Below, piece by piece: positions 1 through 11,900 of a stretch of 64,000 nucleotides of DNA. The stretch is from Veleropilina oligotropha (lineage: Eukaryota). The first letter of the stretch is position 1; each line of letters starts with the position of its first letter. Where the stretch lies: NCBI GenBank assembly GCA_048128005.1, contig JBEUKZ010000019.1, positions 496,001-560,000 on the forward strand, read 5' to 3'. The notes beneath the pieces were generated by a model. It was not told the origin of the DNA and did no database searches. It worked only from the letters and a program-made list of their open reading frames with translations. Both the position numbers and the translations under genes were made by a program.

Positions 1-252
1 CTTTCCTTTCCTTTTCAAATTTATCCACGCTGTAAACACAACACGATATAGCTGGTCAAATACTTGTACTGATTCTGAAGCTCATGCTGAAATTCTAAAA
101 CGTACTTAGTTCTTCATCACCAAGTAGATACGAAAATTTAAAAAGTATCGTGACTATAGATTACTAATATTACTACAGTTGGGAACATACCGGTAGTTCA
201 ACATATGAAATCATTGATGAAAAAGATAAATATTGTGACATATAGGCCTAAC

Positions 253-480
253 AAGAGGTTTTTAAGTAAACCTAGTATTAGTTAGAATATACTTACGTCA
301 TTACCTATGCCATAATAGCCCTATTATCGCTAAACCGGAAACTGTGAAAAAGCGTTTCACTTTCTTTTAAACTTACACGCTTACCCCCCCTGCTCACCTC
401 TCTCGCGTTCCTCCCACGAGATCTGCCCAAGTCTCGCGAGACCTCAGAGACCAAGACAGATCTGGTATCCTTTTTAAGTC
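253..480 (-). repeat. 3' inverted terminal repeat of DIRS-A
   Basis: 294-480 is the reverse complement of 7569-7755 with 2 visible mismatches. The extension 253-293 is complementary to the ICR. Confidence 0.95.
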
Positions 481-556
481 AGAGGAATCTGCAGTGCGTA
501 GAGGAACTTAGCAAGAGGGGTTGGAAGCGAATGCCATGAGCAGGGCGGGTAGACGT

Positions 557-645
557 GTAATGACGTAAGTATATTCTAACTAATACTAGGTTTACTTAAA
601 AACCTCTTATTAGTAGCAATATACTCTACGTCATTACCTATGCCA
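557..645 (-). other. Internal complementary region (ICR) of DIRS-A
   Basis: 557-608 is the reverse complement of the left end (253-304). 609-645 is the reverse complement of the right end (7737-7773). Together they spell the circle junction. Confidence 0.95.
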
Positions 646-687
646 GAATAACTTTGGACGGTGGGCTAAGTTCTAACGAAATTAATA

Positions 688-1131
688 CCCAAACAAGTTA
701 CTTACTTGTCACCATGGAGACAGCTAGTATCGCCGACTCGCGTCCGCTCAGGATGGAATTACTGAGTATTACAATTCTACCCTTACCCCGACAGAATTTT
801 GACCAATGAACCTGGGAAAAAACGCCAGAGGTGTTAGTCGGACAAGGTGACGCGAAAGTGCAATCAGCCCCAGGCAAGGCCGGAGGATAAATCCTGTAGG
901 ACTTAGATGTCATGGACCGAAGCAGCTTTTAGTAAACCCTGGGCGTCGAGGCCGGTAACCAAAAGATGCAGTCAACTTGCGACAAACATACAGTACCTGA
1001 AAAGGTTGTGAATGTAACCAGTTATGCAATTATTAATAGATATAAGTAATATATACACGTACATATTATATTCCATATTAATAATAAATTCGCTTGACCA
1101 AATAGCGAAAAGCAAACATGTCCCCATGTTA
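688..1131 (-). ncRNA. Putative conserved structured RNA in the DIRS-A 3' untranslated region
   Basis: Block-wise similarity to DIRS-B 59570-60000, with compensatory changes in several stems (see findings). Confidence 0.55.
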
Positions 1132-1452
1132 CTTAAAGAATATTTAAAGATTGAATGATATTAAATTTTGCAATGTCGCAACACCGTAAGCTCATAACAG
1201 CAAATGAACTTCAATAATATCAAAATATAAAAAAAACCTTTTAAGATTTAGCATTATAAATGTCTAATTTCAATGTGAGTGGCATGTGGCATGTGAACTC
1301 AGATCTGACAATTTAGTCTCAGTCCATAAATAGAAATATTGGACTGCAGACAACACAATGAAAACAACACTAATTGTTAGCAAGCTACACAATAGAGTTG
1401 CACATACATGCGGAGTGACTGTATAATTACAATTAATTGTTTACAATACCTG

Positions 1453-4440
1453 TCACCGTGTATTTAACCTAGATGTCCTGGTAATGCAGTGTTGCGCCGC
1501 AACACATTGAACACTGGACAAACCATCCGCACCAGTCGAGAAATCGCGTAAATAATGTTTTACAAACACGTTCGGGTTTCTCCAATACCCTGCTTGTAGC
1601 AGGGAGGTAATATTTAGACAATGTCTAAATGCCAGACTCGTCGATATCGCTCTTGTTTCATGGGCACGGACCGCAATAAGGTTGCGGTCAGCTTCGTTGG
1701 AATTAGAGTATATCTGCTGAACCGTTCGACAAATCCATCTCGAGATAGTATTCTTCGATACATCGCGGGTGAAATTGGGCAAATACGAAATAAACAAGCG
1801 TTTTTTGCCTCGTCGGAAGTCACGTGTTCGGTCCAGATAATATCGAAGCGCGCGCACCGGGCAGTTAAGTCGGTCGATATCGTTTCTACCGACAATAGAA
1901 AGCGTAGGAATAACGACCTCCGGAGCAATATCGCCTGGCCGCTGGTTTTTAGCAATAAATCCTAATATAGGACGTAAAATGACCGATCCGTCAGACTGGA
2001 ATCTAATATCTCGGAGCTCTGCTGAGAAGCTGTGTATCTCAGAAACCCTTTTGCCCGACGCAAACGCAATTAGAAATACGGTTTTGTAGGTAAGGTTACG
2101 TATGGAAGCATTACGTAACGGCTCAAACGGGCTTTCTAGCAGAGCATTAAGGATAAGGATGATATTCCAGGCAGGCGGCCACGCCAAACAAATCGGTCTT
2201 TCGAGTTCGTAGGACCTGATTAAATCAGAAATAGTACGGTCTGACGATAAGTCAATTCGGGAACGACATTGCTTGAGCGTAGTCGAGATCGAGGCCCGAT
2301 AACCTTTGACGGCCGAGACAGAAAGTCCTCGTTCGAATAACGACGTAATGAACTCGATAAATTTGTTCACAGGGGGACGGAGTATATTAACTTCCCGCCT
2401 GTGACACCAATCCACATATTTGACCCATCGGTAGTCATAGACTTTAGATGTAGATTGTCTTCGCGATCGGTAAATGCGGAGGGCTGTTGCGCGAGAAAAT
2501 CCTTTCTCAACAAGCGATCGTTCGATAACCGCCATGCGTGTAAACGAAGTTCGTTCGACGACGGGTGTAACACCCGTGAGCGCGGTTGCATTAGCAGGTC
2601 CGGCCTTTGCGGTAGCGCAAGCGGTCGATCGACGATGAGATCGAGAAGTGTCGGAAACCAAGACTGCGTGCGATTTAGAGGTGCTATTAGCGTTATCTCG
2701 CAGCGGTCTCGCGATGCCTTCTGTAATACAAGTCGTAGTATGGACGACGGGGGAAAGGCGTACGCGATCAGATTCTCCCATGGCACTGACAGCGCGTCGA
2801 CCGCTAGGGCGGCCGGGTCCGGGTACGGGGAGACATACAGAGGGAGTCGGTGATTGAACTCTGTTGCAAACAGATCGACTAGGGGTTGTGACCACCGGCG
2901 ACAAATTTCCCGAGCTACCTGGCTGTGTAGCGTCCACTCTGTGTGTATTATCTGCGATTTCCGAGAGAGCGAGTCCGCTCGGACGTTCAATATTCCCGGG
3001 ATGTGTCGTGCTCGTATCGTCGAGTTGAGGGACATCACTAAGCGGTGTAGGTCGATTGCTCGGTCGCACAGGGGACGCGAGCGAGTGCCGCCCTGGTGTT
3101 GAACGTATGCGACGACAGTCGTGTTGTCCGTGGCGAGCAGTATGTGCTTGTTGCGGAGTTGTGACGAGAGGGACCGTACTGTCAGGTAGACCGCTTCTAG
3201 TTCTAGATAGTTTATGTGTCGTCCCTGCAGGTCCGTCGGCCAAAGGCCCGATGTCTCGTAACTGTCGAGGTGACCTCCCCAGCCCTCGTTCGAAGCGTCC
3301 GTGTATAGGAAGGCGTTCGGTTCTGGCGGGGAAATGGGAACCGACTGGCTCGGCAATGCAGGGTTCAGCCACACTGCTGTCGAGTGATTGAACCAATGCC
3401 GAAGATCTATACGATCCGTCCACTGTCCCGTCCGTTGCACCCAGCGGTCCCTGAAGGCCTGCTGTAACGGTCGTTTGTCCATTCGTCCTGTCGGTAGCAG
3501 GGGCGCTACCGACTCGATGTGCCCCAGGACAGTGGCCAGTTGTCGCGCCGTGGCTATCCCCGATGACCTTGTGTCCTGGATAACTGCGCGTAGGTTCACG
3601 ATACGTTTCTCGGTCGGCTTCGCGGTGTACCGGACCGTGTCGAAGACGACCCCGAGGAACGTAAACGTCGTCGAGGGCACGAAGCAGGATTTCTTGTTGT
3701 TGATCTGTAATCCTAGGCGCTTCGCCGATGACAGGGTAACGCTCATAGACTGGAGGCACTGATCCCGGGACGCCCCGAGAATCAACCAGTCGTCGAGGTA
3801 CATGTGTGCTCTGTGCCCTAGCGAGTGTAGGAAGGCCCCGAGAGCCTGTACTACCCGCGTGAAGACGTAGGGGGCTGACGATAGACCGAACGGTAGACAC
3901 CTGAATTGGTAGATCGTCTCCCCGTGTATAAACCTGAGGTACTGATGAGCCGAGGCATGCATCGGAACGTGTAAGTACGCATCTGTCAGGTCGATAGACG
4001 CTGCCCAGTCGCCCGGACGGATGGCCGCTCATATCTTCGAGAGTGTTTCTTGCTGGAACTTCTCGGTACGCAAATAGCGGTTGAGGTGCGAGAGATCGAG
4101 GATCGGTCTCCAGCGGCCATCGGGTTTCGGGACCAGGAAGAAATGGCTGTAAAATCCTGGTGTGCTGGGCGGCGCGGGATAGATGGCTCCTTTTAGGAGT
4201 AAGTCCCGCACTGCCTGGTCTAAGACCGCTTGCTTCTCTCCGTGAAGGAGGCGAGCGTGTCTTGGTGGTGGTGTCACGGATAGGGTTGGATGCCGGTTGA
4301 ACGCCAACTTGTATCCAGCACTCACGACTGAGTGGACCCAGCTGCTGTCTGTCAACTCTAGCCACGTCTGGCTGTAGCCTAACAGGCACGCTCCCACCGG
4401 CGGGAGCGCGCAGCTGAGCACGTCGCGAGTGCCGGCAACC
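1453..4440 (-). CDS. DIRS-A tyrosine recombinase ORF with long N-terminal extension overlapping RT/RNase H; in frame with gag
   Basis: C-terminal YR motifs: SGKRVSEI (R), AHETRA (HxxR), AGYW, HY. The frame is open from just after the gag TAG. Confidence 0.9.
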   Translation of the reverse strand, partial: GCRHSRRAQLRAPAGGSVPVRLQPDVARVDRQQLGPLSRECWIQVGVQPASNPIRDTTTKTRSPPSRREASGLRPGSAGLTPKRSHLSRAAQHTRILQPFLPGPETRWPLETDPRSLAPQPLFAYREVPARNTLEDMSGHPSGRLGSVYRPDRCVLTRSDACLGSSVPQVYTRGDDLPIQVSTVRSIVSPLRLHAGSTGSRGLPTLARAQSTHVPRRLVDSRGVPGSVPPVYERYPVIGEAPRITDQQQEILLRALDDVYVPRGRLRHGPVHREADRETYREPTRSYPGHKVIGDSHGATTGHCPGAHRVGSAPATDRTNGQTTVTAGLQGPLGATDGTVDGSYRSSALVQSLDSSVAEPCIAEPVGSHFPARTERLPIHGRFERGLGRSPRQLRDIGPLADGPAGTTHKLSRTRSGLPDSTVPLVTTPQQAHTARHGQHDCRRIRSTPGRHSLASPVRPSNRPTPLSDVPQLDDTSTTHPGNIERPSGLALSEIADNTHRVDATQPGSSGNLSPVVTTPSRSVCNRVQSPTPSVCLPVPGPGRPSGRRAVSAMGESDRVRLSPVVHTTTCITEGIARPLRDNANSTSKSHAVLVSDTSRSHRRSTACATAKAGPANATALTGVTPVVERTSFTRMAVIERSLVEKGFSRATALRIYRSRRQSTSKVYDYRWVKYVDWCHRREVNILRPPVNKFIEFITSLFERGLSVSAVKGYRASISTTLKQCRSRIDLSSDRTISDLIRSYELERPICLAWPPAWNIILILNALLESPFEPLRNASIRNLTYKTVFLIAFASGKRVSEIHSFSAELRDIRFQSDGSVILRPILGFIAKNQRPGDIAPEVVIPTLSIVGRNDIDRLNCPVRALRYYLDRTRDFRRGKKRLFISYLPNFTRDVSKNTISRWICRTVQQIYSNSNEADRNLIAVRAHETRAISTSLAFRHCLNITSLLQAGYWRNPNVFVKHYLRDFSTGADGLSSVQCVAAQHCITRTSRLNTR

Positions 4441-4442
4441 CT
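2367..4442 (-). pseudogene. DIRS-A RT / RNase H / methyltransferase-like ORF broken by a premature TGA at 4029-4031
   Basis: FLVPKPDGRWRPILDL, LPFGLSSAP, YLDD, TDAS..GWG, LELEA, TDN, ADSLSR, DLFAT..YAFPP. The stop aligns with CGA (Arg) in DIRS-B. Confidence 0.9.
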
Positions 4443-6693
4443 AGGGCCGTGACGGCTTCCCTCTCCCGCTCTGACGGGATTTAGTTGGAGGGCCTTTTTT
4501 CTCGCTGGATTTCCGGGCCGGAGGCCCACCCCGAGAAGGTCTGGCACGCTTGGAAGCTTTCGCGCCCCGAGTCGGGGCCGAACGCTTCCTTGAGGGGGCA
4601 GGTTGAGTACCCCGAGGGGTAGTCAATACTGCGCGCTCAATCGCACGATCTTTCAGCTCGACGGCTCTCTTGTCGACGAATTCGGTGAACTCGCCTCCGA
4701 AGAGAGTCGGGGCCGACAAGGGCACACATCGCAGAGAACGCCGGGTGGCGTCGTCTAACGATGTGCCCTCGAGGCAGGCGTCCCTACGAAGTAGGAGCGC
4801 ATTGCCTAAGACACGCGCGGACTCCAACGCGTTGTTCTCCATTGCGGCAGCAACCTCGTGGAGGAAAGACAGGGCGGTCTCGCGAGCGCCGGGTCCGTCC
4901 TCCTGTAGAACGGCTATCGCACCGTCCAGGAACGAGTCCTGTACAGACGACAGCCGCAGAGCTCGTAGGGCACAGCTCTCGAAGGCACCCATGGCGGCCC
5001 ATGGTACCTTCGCTACCGAGGGAGCTTGACTGGCAGACAGACGACGCATCGCTACGTCAATCTGTGCTGGCTCAGCCACCAGGCACGGCTCAGAAAGAGC
5101 GATCGGCAACGATCGCGAACTGGGCCGGAGGTATCTTCCTCTACGGAGGCCCCGAGGGAACTCCGTGAGAGAAGACGTCTCCACTGTCTTGCCTCCCTGA
5201 ATGGCCCGGGTGGTCTGATCCAGAACCAGATCCACCAAGCCAGACTGGGGGAGTACGGGAAGCTGGGGAGCCTCCGACTCAGCAAAACGGTGTGCTGCCG
5301 TCCTGTGCTTGATCGTACCTACCGGCCGGGCCGGGTCGGGTAGATCTAGCACCCCGCGAAGCGACGCGACTGCGTCGTATCTTCGGCGGGTGGCGGAGAT
5401 CGGCTCCTGCAAGCCTGATTGACTACGAGAGTCATCGGGACCGACCGATTCAAGAAGATCGGAGCGATCGGAGGGGACATCCTCGTCGGAACGAGGGTCG
5501 ACCTCCATCACCGAGGCAGGAGCCGTGCTCTGGGCCACGAGCAGAGGAGCAGAGACCTGGGGCGGCTGAACAGCCGGAAGCCAGGCCCTACTGCGGGCCT
5601 CGAATTCCGCCGCAATCATTGCATGGACGCTCTCCATAGAGAGACCAACAGGCAAGACGGGCGTCGATCCAACAGCCAGTGGATCGCTCGAGGACATCGT
5701 GGCGCATGGTAGACGGGCTGCTGGGCCAGATTGATATGAGAACCAGGGTCTCACATCACCTGACGAGCGGTTACTCACGGAGAACGGGCCAAAAGGCGTG
5801 TTAACCGGAGCTCGACCCCCGAAAGACTGCGGCCACAGTCCCGTGGGGGTCGCCGCTCTGTTCAGGGGGTAGACGGGGGAAGCTCCCGCGTACATACCCA
5901 TCCCGAACGCAGCCGGTCCGTCCGCGCCAACTAGTCTGAGCCCAAAGGGGTCAGGGGAGTCGGCGGGCCCTCCGACAAGACTGGGAGCTCCGAGGTGTAA
6001 GGACGAACCCTGGGGAGGGTCGGTCGCACCATCGGCCAGTGAGTCGGGTGTCGTTGGTGGTCCGGATCTTAAACCACCTTGGTGGTGTCCGGCAACTGTT
6101 CCAACTTGCTCTGCCGTCAGCAGTATGCCGCTCGGCATACCGCTTGTGACAGAAGGACTAGCCGTCCCCTGCTCTTCCGAGGCCGGAAGAGAGGAAGGGG
6201 ACAGCCTGCCCTGCTCAGCTGTTCGCTGTAAGGTCCGGTGTACCATGCTAGCCGGCATGGCACTATTGGACGCAGCTACTAGGCCCGTGGTACGAGGAGA
6301 AACGGACTGCACTCGGGCTCCTCTTACCTGGTCTTGAACCTGGGACGCCGGCGAGGTTTCCACGGTTTTCCCCAAAACCGTAGCGGTTTCGTCGGCGGGT
6401 CCTGCAACCTGCGATGCCCCAGTTCGCTGGTCGCTTCGCGTCCCTGAAACAGACGAATCAGAAATTAGCCCTGACTTACCCGTCGTCTGTTTCTCCGGGG
6501 GAAGCCCAACAGAGACGGACTCCCTGGTAGCCGTCGTCCCTGGTGGGTAGATAAGTGCCCACTGCCGATCCGTTAAAAGTAGACATTTAGCACAGGGGTA
6601 TCTCTTAGCACAACTACGGTGTATGCGACATACCGAATGCTTGTCGAAGCTGTGTATCTTTTGGTTACACTCAGGCTCACTGCAACGGACCAT
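4441..6693 (-). CDS. DIRS-A gag-like ORF1 (750 aa), N-terminal Cys/His cluster
   Basis: ATG-started ORF upstream of pol, collinear with the DIRS-B ORF1. Contains LLLRRDACL and LFGGEF motifs. Confidence 0.88.
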   Translation of the reverse strand: MVRCSEPECNQKIHSFDKHSVCRIHRSCAKRYPCAKCLLLTDRQWALIYPPGTTATRESVSVGLPPEKQTTGKSGLISDSSVSGTRSDQRTGASQVAGPADETATVLGKTVETSPASQVQDQVRGARVQSVSPRTTGLVAASNSAMPASMVHRTLQRTAEQGRLSPSSLPASEEQGTASPSVTSGMPSGILLTAEQVGTVAGHHQGGLRSGPPTTPDSLADGATDPPQGSSLHLGAPSLVGGPADSPDPFGLRLVGADGPAAFGMGMYAGASPVYPLNRAATPTGLWPQSFGGRAPVNTPFGPFSVSNRSSGDVRPWFSYQSGPAARLPCATMSSSDPLAVGSTPVLPVGLSMESVHAMIAAEFEARSRAWLPAVQPPQVSAPLLVAQSTAPASVMEVDPRSDEDVPSDRSDLLESVGPDDSRSQSGLQEPISATRRRYDAVASLRGVLDLPDPARPVGTIKHRTAAHRFAESEAPQLPVLPQSGLVDLVLDQTTRAIQGGKTVETSSLTEFPRGLRRGRYLRPSSRSLPIALSEPCLVAEPAQIDVAMRRLSASQAPSVAKVPWAAMGAFESCALRALRLSSVQDSFLDGAIAVLQEDGPGARETALSFLHEVAAAMENNALESARVLGNALLLRRDACLEGTSLDDATRRSLRCVPLSAPTLFGGEFTEFVDKRAVELKDRAIERAVLTTPRGTQPAPSRKRSAPTRGAKASKRARPSRGGPPARKSSEKKGPPTKSRQSGRGKPSRP

Positions 6694-7568
6694 AGCTGTT
6701 ACACGGGTAGGAAAGGTAGTGGGAAACCGGGAAATTTAGGGATATCCGGGTAGTACGCTTCACGTGTTAAACTACTACACCTTATATAGGGGTCTCTAAT
6801 CCGAGTATATAGGAAAAGACCGGATATTGACCCTAAATTGTTATTAATCACACTTCGGATTGTTTACACAACCGAAGAACAGACAAGTAACCCGACTAGA
6901 ATATAAACCAAGCCCGACGTACAAGCTTTATTAAAACGGCTTGTCGGACACTAACAAATTGAATGCAGGCGGAAATATATAGATAGTAGGAGGCTATATA
7001 TAGAAACAGCCGCCTTTAAACACCTGAAAACCTCGTGGATGTTGATTTAAATAGGTTAGAGCGTTGGCGAAATATCCCAGATTCGGCAGATAGGCTAAAT
7101 AACGCACGTTAATACCTAAATATCTGCCTTGTTAGCGACGCTAAATTCGATTGAACAAAGTTACTAAGAATTTAAGCAAGATACGCCGCTAAGGAATTAT
7201 CTAATATATATATGAATTACAAGTAATTTCAAGCAATATAATATTAGAAACCAAACACTTCTTCCTTTGAAAGGATTCGCCTATGCGAAGCTTTCCTGCT
7301 TGAAGAACCTTCCCTCCTGAGCGGCCCTCTTTAGACCTTTACTTTGTAAATTCCAAGATGGCGGGCCGAAATACTCGTGGCCAGAATCTCACAACTTTTA
7401 AAAATTGCTAACTCGACCTAAATACTCCGAACACAGTTACAATGCTTCTTCAGCTCATATATGAATATGAACGGCACAATATTGTGCGAAAGAAACTTGT
7501 GTAAAAGTAACTTATTATAGTCTATTTTTGACTAGACTGTATTAGCACGTCCGGACAGACTGACGGAA

Positions 7569-7774
7569 GACTTAAAAAGGATACCAGATCTGTCTTGGTC
7601 TCTGAGGTCTCGCGAGACTTGGGCAGATCTCGTGGGCGGAACGCGAGAGAGGTGAGCAGGGGGGGTAAGCGTGTAAGTTTAAAAGAAAGTGAAATGCTTT
7701 TTCACAGTTTCCGGTTTAGCGATAATAGGGCTATTATGGCATAGGTAATGACGTAGAGTATATTGCTACTAATA
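7569..7774 (-). repeat. 5' inverted terminal repeat of DIRS-A
   Basis: Reverse complement of 294-480. The terminal part is matched by ICR 609-645. Confidence 0.95.
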
Positions 7775-8059
7775 TCGTGAAAACTTGTAAATGTCCGGAT
7801 AACGTTTTCATATGATAAAATAACAAAATATCAACTTGCAAATACATGCAATTCCCCAATTTCATTATTGTTCTTATATAATCTATAGCCAAGTGAACAC
7901 AGTTCAACAGGATATAGTTTTTTATTACGTACTCACTCCAATCAGCTAAATTGAAATTGGGACAAGGGAGTATGCGTAGACGTGTGAAAGACGTGAGAAT
8001 AAACCTGTTATCAGGTTCTGTTGTTGGTTTAATTTGGTGCCGAAAGGCTGGGAAAGTCT

Positions 8060-8261
8060 TTAAAATTACATCATATTGTGGAATTCCGCGTCCGGTAACC
8101 CTGCGACAACGACATCGTTTTGCCGGATGCCGTTGCCTGATGCCGTTGATGCATATATGGAATCTCTCCTTCAATAAATGACCAATTCGATTTTTGCCGG
8201 ATGACGTTGCCGGATTGCCGCAGGCTATTTCCGCATTCTAGTATATGGAATGTCAGCTTAA
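8060..8261. mobile_element. Degenerate palindromic MITE-like element
   Basis: TTAA at both ends, imperfect inverted symmetry and internal TTGCCGGATG repeats. Confidence 0.4.
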
Positions 8262-8314
8262 GTCTTCAAAATTTCTACATGGACAACAATAAATTATTCT
8301 GCATAATTACTTAC

Positions 8315-8361
8315 CTCTCGCCAATCCCTTGAACTCGCTTCTTTGGTAAATAATACGCAAA
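8315..8361 (-). CDS. CPNE: Copine coding exon 3 ((I)CVLFTKEASSRDWRE), C2A domain
   Basis: 47-bp exon, tttttcag|...|gtaagt. Its phase joins exon 2 to give SKSDPICVLF..WRE, typical of copines. Confidence 0.9.
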
Positions 8362-8536
8362 CTGAAAAACAATTAAGCAAATAAGGTATATAACATAAAT
8401 TACGTCTACTATTTGTACCGTATTCTATACATTAATCAAAAAGGTCAGAAATTGTAAAAAGTGGATGGTTCTGGTACAGCATCAAGATATATATATATAT
8501 AACTATATAGAACATAAAAGAAAATAATTAACTTAC

Positions 8537-8577
8537 TTGGGTCTGATTTTGAGAATGTGTCCATATCTACGAGATTC
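8537..8577 (-). CDS. CPNE: Copine coding exon 2 ((R)NLVDMDTFSKSDP)
   Basis: 41-bp exon, ctttcag|...|gtaagt, with the copine C2A signature D.D.FSKSDP. Confidence 0.92.
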
Positions 8578-8924
8578 CTGAAAGAATTGAAAGAACACAT
8601 TTAGAAGTCAATTGCCATGCATCCATGGCAGTATTTTAAATTATCTGCTGTAGTACATCTTGTATTTTGCCACATAGGACTATGATTTGGGTAGATCGAT
8701 GGTTAATTTATTATTTAAAATAGGACATTAAGCATTGATAATTTGACCACCCTTCAGGATCACACCAGGGTATGGGTATAAAATATATTGTTGCTGCTGG
8801 ATCAGCTATGGACAACTGTGACTGTTCATTGAACAAAGTCCCCCTCGGAGGATTTGAATGCAACTTTTTCACCTTGAGACACGTATATATTTAATTATTA
8901 TGGAAGGAAAACCATGACAGTGAC

Positions 8925-11900
8925 TGTCACCATCCATCGATCTCATTGAGTTATATAATGGAAAACCATCACCATCCATCCATCGCATTGAGTTATATAA
9001 TGGAAAACCGTCACCATCCATCCATCTCGTTGAGTTATACAATGGAAAACCGTCACCATCCATCCATCTCATTGAGTTATACAATGGAAAACCGTCACCA
9101 TCCATCCATCTCATAGAGTTATATAATGGAAAACCGTCACCATCCATCCATCTCATTGAGTTATATAATGGAAAACCGTCACCATCCATCCATCTCATTG
9201 AGTTATATAATGGAAAACCGTCACCATCCATCTCATTGAGTTATACAATGGAAAACCGTCACCATCCATCCATCTCATTGAGTTATATAATGGAAAACCG
9301 TCACCATCCATCCATCTCATTGAGTTATATAATGGAAAACCGTCACCATCCATCCATCTCATTGAGTTATATAATGGAAAACCGTCACCATCCATCCGTC
9401 TCATTGAGTTATATACATGGAAAACCGTCACCATCCATCCATCTCATTGAGTTATATAATGGAAAACCGTCACCATCCATCCATCTCATTGAGTTATATA
9501 ATGGAAAACCGTCACCATCCATCCATCTCATTGAGTTATACAATGGAAAACCGTCACCATCCATCCATCTCATTGAGTTATATAATGGAAAACCGTCACC
9601 ATCCATCCATCTCATTGAGTTATACAATGGAAAACCGTCACCATCCATCCATCTCATAGAGTTATATAATGGAAAACCGTCACCATCCATCCATCTCATT
9701 GAGTTATATAATGGAAAACCGTCACCATCCATCCATCTCATTGAGTTATATAATGGAAAACCGTCACCATCCATCCATCTCATTGAGTTATATAATGGAA
9801 AACCGTCACCATCCATCCATCTCATTGAGTTATACAATGGAAAACCGTCACCATCCATCCATCTCATTGAGTTATACAATGGAAAACCGTCACCATCCAT
9901 CCATCTAATTGAGTTATATAATGGAAAACCGTCACCATCCATCCATCTCATTGAGTTATACAATGGAAAACCGTCACCATCCATCCATCTCATTGAGTTA
10001 TACAATGGAAAACCGTCACCATCCATCCATCTAATTGAGTTATATAATGGAAAACCGTCACCATCCATCCATCTCATTGAGTTATACAATGGAAAACCGT
10101 CACCATCCATCCATCTCATTGAGTTATATAATGGAAAACCGTCACCATCCATCCATCTCATTGAGTTATATAATGGAAAACCGTCACCATCCATCCATCT
10201 CATTGAGTTATATAATGGAAAACCGTCACCATCCATCCATCTCATTGAGTTATATAATGGAAAACCGTCACCATCCATCCATCTCATTGAGTTATATAAT
10301 GGAAAACCGTCACCATCCATCCATCTCATTGAGTTATACAATGGAAAACCGTCACCATCCATCCATCTCATTGAGTTATATACATGGAAAACCGTCACCA
10401 TCCATCCATCTCATTGAGTTATATAATGGAAAACCGTCACCATCCATCCATCTCATTGAGTTATACAATGGAAAACCGTCACCATCCATCCATCTCATTG
10501 AGTTATATAATGGAAAACCGTCACCATCCATCCATCTCATTGAGTTATACAATGGAAAACCGTCACCATCCATCCATCTCATTGAGTTATATACATGGAA
10601 AACCGTCACCATCCATCCATCTCATTGAGTTATATAATGGAAAACCGTCACCATCCATCCATCTCATTGAGTTATATACATGGAAAACCGTCACCATCCA
10701 TCCATCTCATTGAGTTATATAATGGAAAACCGTCACCATCCATCCATCTCATTGAGTTATACAATGGAAAACCGTCACCATCCATCCATCTCATTGAGTT
10801 ATATAATGGAAAACCGTCACCATCCATCCATCTCATTGAGTTATACAATGGAAAACCGTCACCATCCATCCATCTCATTGAGTTATATACATGGAAAACC
10901 GTCACCATCCATCCATCTCATTGAGTTATATAATGGAAAACCGTCACCATCCATCCATCTCATTGAGTTATATACATGGAAAACCGTCACCATCCATCCA
11001 TCTCATTGAGTTATATAATGGAAAACCGTCACCATCCATCCATCTCATTGAGTTATATACATGGAAAACCGTCACCATCCATCCATCTCATTGAGTTATA
11101 TAATGGAAAACCGTCACCATCCATCCATCTCATTGAGTTATACAATGGAAAACCGTCACCATCCATCCATCTCATTGAGTTATATACATGGAAAACCGTC
11201 ACCATCCATCCATCTCATTGAGTTATATACATGGAAAACCGTCACCATCCATCCATCTCATTGAGTTATATAATGGAAAACCGTCACCATCCATCCACCT
11301 CATTGAGTTATATACATGGAAAACCGTCACCATCCATCCATCTCATTGAGTTATATAATGGAAAACCGTCACCATCCATCCATCTCATTGAGTTATATAC
11401 ATGGAAAACCGTCACCATCCATCCATCTCATTGAGTTATATACATGGAAAACCGTCACCATCCATCCATCTCATTGAGTTATATAATGGAAAACCGTCAC
11501 CATCCATCCACCTCATTGAGTTATATACATGGAAAACCGTCACCATCCATCCATCTCATTGAGTTATATAATGGAAAACCGTCACCATCCATCTCATTGA
11601 GTTATATAATGGAAAACCGTCACCATCCATCCATCTCATTGAGTTATATAATGGAAAACCGTCACCATCCATCCATCTCATTGAGTTATACAATGGAAAA
11701 CCGTCACCATCCATCCATCTCATTGAGTTATATACATGGAAAACCGTCACCATCCATCCATCTCATTGAGTTATATACATGGAAAACCGTCACCATCCAT
11801 CCATCTCATTGAGTTATATAATGGAAAACCGTCACCATCCATCCATCTCATTGAGTTATACAATGGAAAACCGTCACCATCCATCCATCTCATTGAGTTA

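Larger units (their letters stand above)
253..7774 (-). mobile_element. DIRS1-type tyrosine-recombinase retrotransposon, full length (DIRS-A), in copine intron 3
   Basis: ITRs at 253-480 and 7569-7774, ICR at 557-645, and gag-like, RT/RNase H/MT-like and YR ORFs in the DIRS arrangement. Confidence 0.97.
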
